Source: Planctomycetota bacterium (GTDB lineage: Bacteria; Planctomycetota; Planctomycetia; JALXBF01). From it: a DNA stretch of 64,000 bases. The stretch covers positions 1-64,000 of the forward strand of contig JALXBF010000105.1 in assembly GCA_026991575.1 (NCBI GenBank). The letters are read 5' to 3'. Numbering within the stretch: position 1 is the first letter of the stretch; every line of letters starts with the position of its first letter. The position numbers and the translations under genes were made by a program. Below the pieces are notes generated by a model, which worked only from the letters and a program-made list of their open reading frames with translations, did not search any database and was not told the origin of the DNA. Shown here in pieces: positions 46,208-54,691 of this stretch.

Positions 46208-48469
46208 CTACGGCTCGCGGAACGTGTGCTTCAGGGACAGTTCCACCTGGGATGCGCCGTCAGGAGCGATCTCAAACGGAATGCGCCACAGCACGGTCGC
46301 CACGTAGCATGCGCCCGCGGCACCAGCATGGCACGGGTAGTAGTTCAGTCGCAACTCCAGCGTTCCCCTGCCCTCCTTACCGGCAAGCTGCAGGGGAATC
46401 GCCAGCTCGCGAGCAGGCGGGTTCACGCGCACCGGCCGCTCCGGCAGCTTGACGAGCGCTTCTGCACCGCTGCCACCAACGGTGCGAATGCTATAACTCA
46501 TCGGGGCCTCTTCGTTAAGCTTAAACCCGTCAGGCAGCGCAAGCTGCACCCGCAACGACACCTTGGCCGTCGGTGCCCATCGCTGCGCTGGCAGCGTGAC
46601 GAGCTCGGCTCCCTCGCTCCAGTCCTCGACCCGCCGCGGCGGCGCGGGCGGCTTGAGCCCCTGGATCTGGAGCGTACGCACCGTGCGCGTGGCCAAATCC
46701 ACCACGCGGATCAAGTGATTGTTGGTGTCGGCCACGTAGAGCTTTCCGCCCGCCACCACAAGCCCCCCCGGTTCGTCAAACCTCGGCGGCTCATCGCTGC
46801 GGCCCGCTGGACCACCGAGCCATGTCCGGCAGCGCCTGCGCCCGATGTCCAGCAGCTTGATCTTGTTGTTGTAGGTGTCGGCAACAAAGACAAGGTCATC
46901 CTTCCAATAAGCGACGTGCAGTGGGTGCTGCAGCCGGACGACGTCACCAACCCCGTCGCGGTCCCCGAAATCGAACAGTCCCGTGCCTACCACGCTGCGC
47001 ACGTGGCCCGTCTCGGGATCGAGCACGCGCACCGAGCTGGTCTCGGCATCCGCCACAAAGATCCGACGACCGTCCGTACTGAGACCGCTGGGCTGGGCGT
47101 ACTCGGCACTAGCGGGCGGCCCGTCGACAATCCCTTCCCGACCGGAACCGGAAAAGACGCGGACCGTCTCGTCCGACGGATCGTATACCCAGATCTGGTG
47201 CAAGCCGGCCATCGCAATGTACAGCCGCCCGTTCAACCAGCAGACGTCCCATGGACTACTGAGCGGCGTCTTGAGGGCAGGCCGTGGATCGAACGGGCGT
47301 AGCCAGCCCTGTTTGCCGGTGCCCGCGATCGTCCGCACGGTTCGTGCTTTCAGGTCACAAACCCGGATGACGTGGTTTTCGGTGTCGGCCACATACAACA
47401 GCTCCCCCACGGCCAGCACACCTTGCGGCCGGAAGAAGCGGGCGGTCTCGAAGGAACCGTCCTTGAGGCCGATTTCCCCGTCGCCGATCACGTCCACCAG
47501 CTCACCGGAGAGGGTACAGATCACGATGCGGTTGTGGTTCGAGTCACTGATGAACAGCCGGTCGCGCCGGGCATCGGCCCAGACCTTACCGGGAAACCGA
47601 AGCGGCGTCACCGGTAGCCTTTCCCGCTCCAGCGCAAAGTGCATCCGGCCACGTTTCAGCGTGCCCTTTGCTGAGTGGTAGGCGATCAGCTTCTGAATCG
47701 CCTCGTCAATGAGCGGGATCCAGCCCTCGCCCGATACCATCAGCACCGCATAGCCTTCCGGATCGATCAACACGAGCGTCGGCCAGGCCCTCACTCCGTA
47801 CCGCCGCCAGATCTTCAGATCCGCGTCGTTCACCACCGGATGCTCGATCTCGTAACGCACAATCGCTTCACGGATGTTCTGCTCGTCACGCTCCGTGTCG
47901 AACTTCGCGGAATGAACCCCAATGACGACAAGCTCCTCGCGATACTTCTGCTCGAGCCGCTTCAGATCCGGCAGGATATGCATGCAGTTGATGCAGCAGT
48001 AGGTCCAGAAGTCCAGCAGCACGATCTTGCCGCGAAGAGCGTGCAGTTCCAGAGGGCCTGCGGTATTCAGCCACCCCCTGCCACCCGATAGCGGCGGCGC
48101 CTTGACACGGCGTGGGAACGGGTTCTCGGGCAATTGCCTGCGGCTCTTGTTCGCTCGCTTCCGATCGCCGTCTTGTCTGGCCCCCCCTGCAGCGGTCTGC
48201 GATGCGTCGCCGACGCCCGGGACCTGTTCCCCCGGATTCGCGTCAGCATCGTTCACGTGGCCGCTGTCGCCCGCCTCCGACTTCGGGCGATCCTCCGGGG
48301 CTGAACCGTCCGGACGCGGCGCACCGTCAGCAACCACGGCTACCTCCGGCTCGGCGACCTTGACGTCTGCTGCAGCCGCATCATCCACTCTGCGTTCGCA
48401 GCCCAGGGCCAGCACCACGCCTGCACAAAGGAGCGCAAGCTGGCCGACACGACGCGGATCGATGACCAT
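46208..48469 (-). CDS. Thioredoxin-like plus NHL-repeat lipoprotein (NHLRC2/SOQ1-like)
   Basis: Lipobox LALGC; DFWTYCCINCMH; GVHSAKF; NHL repeats (YVADTENH, QPSGL, ADTYNNKI); C-terminal beta-sandwich with two Cys; ATG 48469. Confidence 0.9.
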   Translation of the reverse strand: MVIDPRRVGQLALLCAGVVLALGCERRVDDAAAADVKVAEPEVAVVADGAPRPDGSAPEDRPKSEAGDSGHVNDADANPGEQVPGVGDASQTAAGGARQDGDRKRANKSRRQLPENPFPRRVKAPPLSGGRGWLNTAGPLELHALRGKIVLLDFWTYCCINCMHILPDLKRLEQKYREELVVIGVHSAKFDTERDEQNIREAIVRYEIEHPVVNDADLKIWRRYGVRAWPTLVLIDPEGYAVLMVSGEGWIPLIDEAIQKLIAYHSAKGTLKRGRMHFALERERLPVTPLRFPGKVWADARRDRLFISDSNHNRIVICTLSGELVDVIGDGEIGLKDGSFETARFFRPQGVLAVGELLYVADTENHVIRVCDLKARTVRTIAGTGKQGWLRPFDPRPALKTPLSSPWDVCWLNGRLYIAMAGLHQIWVYDPSDETVRVFSGSGREGIVDGPPASAEYAQPSGLSTDGRRIFVADAETSSVRVLDPETGHVRSVVGTGLFDFGDRDGVGDVVRLQHPLHVAYWKDDLVFVADTYNNKIKLLDIGRRRCRTWLGGPAGRSDEPPRFDEPGGLVVAGGKLYVADTNNHLIRVVDLATRTVRTLQIQGLKPPAPPRRVEDWSEGAELVTLPAQRWAPTAKVSLRVQLALPDGFKLNEEAPMSYSIRTVGGSGAEALVKLPERPVRVNPPARELAIPLQLAGKEGRGTLELRLNYYPCHAGAAGACYVATVLWRIPFEIAPDGASQVELSLKHTFREP

Positions 48470-48710
48470 GTCCAACCACCCTTTTCGGAACCGGACCAGG
48501 AACTCCGCCCATAGTGTAGCGGGCCAGCAGGGTCTACAGTACGTACGCAGTGGCTCAGGGCCCGCGCTTGCGTGTGCCTGTGCCCTCGCCCACAATGGTT
48601 TCAGAACCCTACCCTCAACGAACCCAGCCATCGCCGCGGGCGCGGCGGCACGGTGCCGGAGACTGAAGCCGCCCGCCGCACTGCGTGGTCCCCCGCCTCC
48701 GGAGCGGTGC

Positions 48711-51700
48711 ATGCGAGCGATCCTGTGCACTACCGTGATTCTCTCCGCGCTGACCGCCCTTGGCCAGGACGAGCTCGAACCGGGTCTGGTCGGCAGCTAC
48801 CGCGCGATTGGTACGGATACGGAGCTGAAGCGTATCGATCGCACGCTGGCCTTCGACTGGTCGGACGGCCGTCCCGATCCTCGGCTGCCCGATGGGCCGT
48901 ACTGGGTGACATGGCAAGGCGAGCTGCTGGTACAGGGCCAGGGAGAGTACACGTTCTTTGCGTTCGTGGCCGGCACTGTGCGCATCTGGATTGATGATCA
49001 ACCAGTGCTGCAGGCCGTTCGGAACAGGCCGGGATGGGTTAGAGGCCGACCGGTCCGCCTGGGGCTGGGCTTCGTCCCGATCCGCGTTGCGTACGCTCCG
49101 GCTGAGGACCAAGCCGTACTCACGGTCGCATGGGAATCGGACCGCTTCCTGCTGGAGCCTCTGGGTAGCAGGAACCTGTTCCACCGGCCGACCGACCAGC
49201 TCGCCCAGGCTGAGGACCTCTTTGCGCGCGGGGAATCGCTGGTGCGCGCATTGCGCTGCGGTGCTTGCCATGACATTCCCGGGCTCCATCACGTGCTGCC
49301 CGCGCCAGCTCTCGATCATTCGCTGTGGGGAATGGAGCCGCGCTGGCTCACGGCGTGGCTGCATTCGCCCCGTGCTGTCCGCCCCGATGCGACGATGCCG
49401 GAGCTGGGCATGTCACAAGAAGAGGTGGCCGCGGTGGCGTCCTTTCTCCAGGTGCGTGCGCGTCGACGACGGCCGCCAGGACCGGCTGCACGAGGACAGG
49501 CGCGACGGGGCAAGCAGCTCTTCGTTCTGCGCGGCTGCGCCGCCTGCCACTCCGCCGACGGGCTGGGCCACGCGGGCCTCTTCGGCGGTGGCACGCTGGA
49601 TGGCATCGGGAGTAAACGGGCGCGTAACACGCTCTACATGTCCCTCCGACTCGGGCCGGCCCAACTGAACCCAGACCACCGCATGCCGACACCGTCGCTC
49701 AGTGATCAGGAAGCCGCCGACCTGGCTGCATACCTGAGCAGCCTCCGCGTCAAGCTGCCGGCAACGCCCGTCGCCGTTGGAGCAGATTCGGACTCCGGAC
49801 TGGCCACCCGGTTGATCGAACACTACCGGTGCGCCTCGTGTCATCGGTTGGCCGGTTTCGAACAGCCCGGCCGCATAGCTTTGCCCGACCACTGGGCGCC
49901 GGCGCGCAGTTGCCTGGTGGAACCGGATGCCGACCGTGGCAGACCCGGTTACCGGCTCTCGACGCAGGACGCCCGCGCCGTGGTTGCGTTCCTGCGGCAG
50001 GTGCTGGCGGCAGGTCGCCGGCCACTGGCCACAGCCGAGCGCGGTCGTCGCGTCTGGACGCAGAACAACTGCGCCGCTTGCCATCGCCGTGATGGTATGG
50101 GCGGTTACACCGCCCGGCTCGATCATGGAAAGCTCCAGACGCTGGGGCTTAGTGAGCCGCTGCGTCGCGGAGAGCTCAGCCCGCCGGATCTGAGCGGCGT
50201 CGGGGACAAGCTGCATCGAGCCGTGCTCGGCAACATCATTCGCGGCAAAGGACCCCGGCGGCGCCCCTGGCTACAGCTACATATGCCCGCTTTCCGGATC
50301 AGTGACCAACAGCTCGATGCCCTGACAAAGTACCTGATCACCACCGACCGGCTACCCACGCCGTTACCGGCCAGTCGGCTGCGCGACGCGGTCCACCAGC
50401 TAACCGGCCTGGGCCCATCGGAGGCAGTCTCGACAGCCAGGTTGCTCATTGGTTCCCGCGGCTTCGGCTGTATGGCATGCCACAGCGTCGGAGGGCGCCG
50501 ACCGACCGGGGCCGACCCGGAAGCACGCGGTCCGGAACTGGTTGGTCTTCCCCATGTGGTGCGCAGGGAATGGTTCGTTCGCTGGCTGCGGGACCCCACC
50601 CGGATCTCGCTCGGCGTCGAAATGCCTGGTATCCAGCTACCGGTCCGCAATGTCCTCGACGGCGATCTGAACCGCCAAGTGGCCGCGTTGTGGACGGCCT
50701 TCGGTCGACCGGACTTTCAGCCGCCGGAACGGACCGGCGCCGTGATCCAGATCCTATCCGCCAGAAGCGAGGGGCGCACCCTGGTACTCCGCGATTGCAT
50801 GCGCAACGCACCGGACGGCAGCGGGTGGTGTCCACGAGCCTTCGCGATCGGTTTCCCGAACGGCGTGAACGTGCTCATCGATCTGGATACATACACGGTG
50901 AGGTCGATCTGGCTGGGCGAGCTGGGCAAGGAGCTCACGGAGCACAAGACCTGGCTCTGGGAGCCGGCGGGCGTACAACTCTGGCACACGCTCCCTCAAC
51001 TGCCGTCGGTCGCCGTGGTCGACGGCAACCGGTTACGTTGGCCCGAACGGCGCGGCGGTCAGAGCGTCGGGAGGCTGCGGTACTGGGAGCACGAGGCGCG
51101 CAGCCGGCTTCGTTATGCCTTCGCCCTCTTCCTGGGCCGAACCGAACAGGTCGAAGTGACAGAGACCTGGGAAAGCGACGAGTCCGACGCTCAGCGGCAG
51201 CGCCGTCTGATCCGCACCGTGCGGCTCACTCGGCATGCCGGTCGACCGGCGATAGTGGTCGACGCTGCGCTGGTTGCCCGGGCCGGGGACCGACGGCTCG
51301 AACTAGCCACCCCCCTCGGCACACTGGCGATCGTCAGCCACGGCACCGCGTGGCGCCAGACGACCATCGCGGGGCAGCGCGGTTGGTGGACCGAACCAGT
51401 CCGCCCGGCTAAGGAACTACGGATCGAATACCGGCTGCCACCGTACGACATCGACCGGATCACCGACACGCTACCCAGCCCGCTTCGGGTCAAGTCGCGT
51501 GCCAAGCCTCAGTCGCTGCCCTGGATACCTGGTTATCGCACCATTCGGCTCCCGCTAGACGATTCTGTGCTGCCCACGTGCATCGGGTTCCTGGCCGACG
51601 GCACGCCGGTGGTTGGATCATTGCGTGGCGGCCTTTTTCTGGCTCGCGACCAGGACGGTGACGGGTACCCGGACCGCTGGCAGCGCTACGCCGATCTGCT

Positions 51701-52958
51701 TGCCGCCCCGTTCGGGATCCTCGCCGAAGCCGACAGCCTGGTCGTCGCGCACAAGCCAGAGCTGATTCGGCTGCGCGATCTCGATGGGGACAGTTTCGCT
51801 GAGCGTGCTGAGGTCATCGCCACGGGATGGGGCTACACACACGATTACCACGATTGGACGTTCGGCGTCGTGCGGGACCAGCAGGGGGGCTACATCGTGG
51901 CGCTGGGCAGCGACTATCAGCAGCGCGGACGGCCACGCCATGCGTCGCGGTACCGGGGCAAAGCGCTGCGCATCAGCCGATCCGGCGAAATCGAAGTGCT
52001 GGCCCGCGGCCTTCGCTTCCCCACCGGACTGGCGGCCAACCGCCGAGGTGACGTGTTCTTCACGGACAACCAGGGGGTACAGAACACATTCAACGAGCTC
52101 AACCACCTGGTCCGCCGCGCTCGCTACGGAGTTCCATCGCTGTATGATCCCGCCCCGGAGAAGGACCCCTGGCCGTTGATGCAGCCGGCGGTCCAGATCC
52201 CTCACCCGTGGACGCGAAGCGTAAATGGGATCGCCTTCCTGGAAACCGCCAACAGGGCATTCGGCCTACACGAAGGCCATCTGGTCGGCTGCGAGTACGA
52301 CACCCGGCGGCTGATCCGGCTGACGCTCTACGCCGCTGACGGAACGTTTCGTGGCGCGTGCTACCCGATGAGTCTTGACCCGACGCACCACCGGCCGCTG
52401 CTCTTGTCTTCATGGCGCAAGATGCTACGACGCGGTGTCCAGCCCGCACCGGCACCTCCCGAGGAGCTTGCCCCCCTGGGTCCAATCTCCTGTGCCGTGC
52501 GCTCCGACGGCAGACTCTTCGTGGGTAGCCTGCGCGAGTCCGGCTGGGGCGCGGGTAACAACGTCGGTGAGCTCCTGATGATCGAACCAACCGGGACCTT
52601 GCCCCCAGGGATCGTGGACGTTCGGTTCCAGGGGCGCGGGCTCCGAGTAACGTTCTCGCGGCCGCTTCTGGCGGCAGCCGCAACGAACCCCGGCAACTAC
52701 CGGGTGAGCAGCTACACGCGTATCTGGCGGGGCAGCTATGCAACGCCTGATTCGAATCGCCGTCAGGAAGCTATCCTGTCGGCAACGATCGCCAACGGCG
52801 GGCGGAGCGTGCTGTTGGAACTTGCTGAAATCCGACCGGACTACGTCTACGAGCTGTTCGTGAGCCCGGCGGTGCTTGGCGTCGCGCAGCTTTGGCCTGG
52901 CGAGGCGTACGTGACGGCACCGCCGAAGGCAGCTAGCCCAGCAGCCGCCAGCCACTAG
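48711..52958 (+). CDS. Exported PA14-like + pentaheme cytochrome c + beta-propeller (glucose/sorbosone dehydrogenase-like) protein
   Basis: ATG 48711 with GGAG RBS and signal peptide; CGACH, CAACH, CASCH, CAACH, CMACH; propeller motifs GWGYTHDYHDWTFG, GLRFPTG, TDNQG. Confidence 0.85.
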   Translation: MRAILCTTVILSALTALGQDELEPGLVGSYRAIGTDTELKRIDRTLAFDWSDGRPDPRLPDGPYWVTWQGELLVQGQGEYTFFAFVAGTVRIWIDDQPVLQAVRNRPGWVRGRPVRLGLGFVPIRVAYAPAEDQAVLTVAWESDRFLLEPLGSRNLFHRPTDQLAQAEDLFARGESLVRALRCGACHDIPGLHHVLPAPALDHSLWGMEPRWLTAWLHSPRAVRPDATMPELGMSQEEVAAVASFLQVRARRRRPPGPAARGQARRGKQLFVLRGCAACHSADGLGHAGLFGGGTLDGIGSKRARNTLYMSLRLGPAQLNPDHRMPTPSLSDQEAADLAAYLSSLRVKLPATPVAVGADSDSGLATRLIEHYRCASCHRLAGFEQPGRIALPDHWAPARSCLVEPDADRGRPGYRLSTQDARAVVAFLRQVLAAGRRPLATAERGRRVWTQNNCAACHRRDGMGGYTARLDHGKLQTLGLSEPLRRGELSPPDLSGVGDKLHRAVLGNIIRGKGPRRRPWLQLHMPAFRISDQQLDALTKYLITTDRLPTPLPASRLRDAVHQLTGLGPSEAVSTARLLIGSRGFGCMACHSVGGRRPTGADPEARGPELVGLPHVVRREWFVRWLRDPTRISLGVEMPGIQLPVRNVLDGDLNRQVAALWTAFGRPDFQPPERTGAVIQILSARSEGRTLVLRDCMRNAPDGSGWCPRAFAIGFPNGVNVLIDLDTYTVRSIWLGELGKELTEHKTWLWEPAGVQLWHTLPQLPSVAVVDGNRLRWPERRGGQSVGRLRYWEHEARSRLRYAFALFLGRTEQVEVTETWESDESDAQRQRRLIRTVRLTRHAGRPAIVVDAALVARAGDRRLELATPLGTLAIVSHGTAWRQTTIAGQRGWWTEPVRPAKELRIEYRLPPYDIDRITDTLPSPLRVKSRAKPQSLPWIPGYRTIRLPLDDSVLPTCIGFLADGTPVVGSLRGGLFLARDQDGDGYPDRWQRYADLLAAPFGILAEADSLVVAHKPELIRLRDLDGDSFAERAEVIATGWGYTHDYHDWTFGVVRDQQGGYIVALGSDYQQRGRPRHASRYRGKALRISRSGEIEVLARGLRFPTGLAANRRGDVFFTDNQGVQNTFNELNHLVRRARYGVPSLYDPAPEKDPWPLMQPAVQIPHPWTRSVNGIAFLETANRAFGLHEGHLVGCEYDTRRLIRLTLYAADGTFRGACYPMSLDPTHHRPLLLSSWRKMLRRGVQPAPAPPEELAPLGPISCAVRSDGRLFVGSLRESGWGAGNNVGELLMIEPTGTLPPGIVDVRFQGRGLRVTFSRPLLAAAATNPGNYRVSSYTRIWRGSYATPDSNRRQEAILSATIANGGRSVLLELAEIRPDYVYELFVSPAVLGVAQLWPGEAYVTAPPKAASPAAASH

Positions 52959-53072
52959 TCCAACCGAACCGCGTCAGATCCCGCGCGGCGTAACAGAACT
53001 GGCAGAGCACACTGTGACACGCGCACCCTTGGTCGGCTGTGCTGGCGCAGCACGCAAGGTAACACTAGGAAC

Positions 53073-54323
53073 GTGCAGCAAACGCGTGAGCTAACCCGAG
53101 CAGAACTCTTTCTTGCGGTCGCGGCCTCTTGCCTCGGCCTAGCGTACGTGTGGGGCCTTGAGGAGCAGCCTCCGTCGGACGTCGCCGAGTACGAGGCAAT
53201 CGCTGTCAATCTGCTGCATGGCCGCGGCTACTACCTGGAGCCCGGCTATCGCGCGTATCGGGTACCGGGGTTGGTGCTGTTCCTGGCGGCCATTTACGCG
53301 ATCTTCGGCGAGCACAACGACGCGGCCGTTCGAACGGCCCAGGTCGTGCTCTTTGTCCTGGCCGCGATCCTTTACTACCGGCTTGCGCGGCGCCTTCTGC
53401 GGCATCCGGCGACCGCGTTCCTGGTCGGCCTGGTGTTCGTAGCAAGTCACGAGATGATCTTCTGGGTAGGCAAGCCGGCCACGGAGTTCCTGTACACGTT
53501 CCTGTTGCTGGTTGCCTGTTACCTGTTCGTCGGCTGGTGTCATGCGGGCCGTGGCCGTGAACTGGCCGGAGCGTTCCTGATGCTCGGTTGCGCTGCGCTG
53601 ACTCGGCCCATCGCGTTTGCAGTCTTTCCGCTCTGGTTAGCCATCGTCGCTGCGCTCACGCCACGCCGGCGGATTCGGGCGGTCATGCTCGCTGCACTGG
53701 CATTCCTAGCAGTGGTCGGCCCCTGGTTAGCGCGCAACGCGGTCGTGCTGGGTCGTCCGGTGATCGCAACCAGCTCCGGCATCACGCTCTGGTGGGCAAA
53801 CCATCCCGAAGCAACCGTTGGCGGCTGGTACGGCGTTGTCTATCCGAACCCCGGGCCGGTGGTATGGTTTCGCCAGGGGATGAGTGAGCTGGAAATCAAC
53901 GATTTGCTCACGCGCGAAGCGATCGGCTATATCACATCCGACTGGGGGCGCTTCTTCAAGCTGGCGTTCGGCCGGCTCGCCTTCCTGATGCTGGGCTACG
54001 AGGTAAGACTGACGAACGTCCCGTTTGACCCGCTTGTGTTCTCTGGCGGTGTCAGGCTTCGTCTGCTGTTTTGGAACGCCATCTGGCTTGCGCTCGCGGT
54101 CATCGGCACGGCCGTATTGCTAGCCCGGGGCGACCGCCGGTGGTGGCCGCTGTTGGCTGTAGTGGTTGGCAGTCTTGCGGTGCATTTCGTCTTCACGGCA
54201 GTGCCCCGCATGCGGGTGCCGCTGCTGCCAGCGCTTTTCTTGCTGGCCGGCCTCGGCCTGGAATGGCTGGTCGGCTGGGCTCTGTGGCGAGCTTCCGACA
54301 GCCAGATTGCCAGGCCGCGGTAG
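53073..54323 (+). CDS. GT-C membrane glycosyltransferase (ArnT/GT39-like)
   Basis: SDVAEY...NL..G.GY, YRVPG, TEFLYTFL, ALTRP, PWLARN, PRMRVPL; polytopic. Confidence 0.82.
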   Translation: MQQTRELTRAELFLAVAASCLGLAYVWGLEEQPPSDVAEYEAIAVNLLHGRGYYLEPGYRAYRVPGLVLFLAAIYAIFGEHNDAAVRTAQVVLFVLAAILYYRLARRLLRHPATAFLVGLVFVASHEMIFWVGKPATEFLYTFLLLVACYLFVGWCHAGRGRELAGAFLMLGCAALTRPIAFAVFPLWLAIVAALTPRRRIRAVMLAALAFLAVVGPWLARNAVVLGRPVIATSSGITLWWANHPEATVGGWYGVVYPNPGPVVWFRQGMSELEINDLLTREAIGYITSDWGRFFKLAFGRLAFLMLGYEVRLTNVPFDPLVFSGGVRLRLLFWNAIWLALAVIGTAVLLARGDRRWWPLLAVVVGSLAVHFVFTAVPRMRVPLLPALFLLAGLGLEWLVGWALWRASDSQIARPR

Positions 54324-54421
54324 CCGATGCCTGGACGGCGCCGCAGTGTGGCACGTCGCGGGGGCGTAGCTCCAGAAACCGAAGCTCCGGCAGAATCCCG
54401 ATGCTCTTGCGTGGATGCCGG

Positions 54422-54584
54422 CCCGTCTGCTCACGGCCATCGTTCAGGGAGAGGCATCTGTCACGACCTCTGGAACGACGTTACCGAAGGGCTCTGCAGG
54501 TTCATTCCACAACGGTGGCCGATGTGCAGCCGGCGCTGCCCTTCGGGGACGTTACTTCTCACCGGCCAATGGCCATGCAACGAA
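54422..54584 (-). ncRNA. Candidate rod-shaped structured RNA (6S-like topology)
   Basis: Nested helices found by eye in a 368-nt gap between convergent genes; see findings. Not validated with a covariance model. Confidence 0.3.
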
Positions 54585-54691
54585 GGAGCTAGCCTTTAGA
54601 ACGACCTCCTCACACGCGCTTCCCATCTGGCACTGGCCCCCCCCTGCGAGCGCACCGCGACAGCGCGATCGAAGGCGGTCGTCCCCAGTCG

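Noticed and set aside
48027..48730. Apparent ~700-nt head-to-head overlap of the NHL and cytochrome ORFs
   Set aside because: Artefact of longest-ORF calling; signal peptides and RBSs place the starts at 48469 (-) and 48711 (+).
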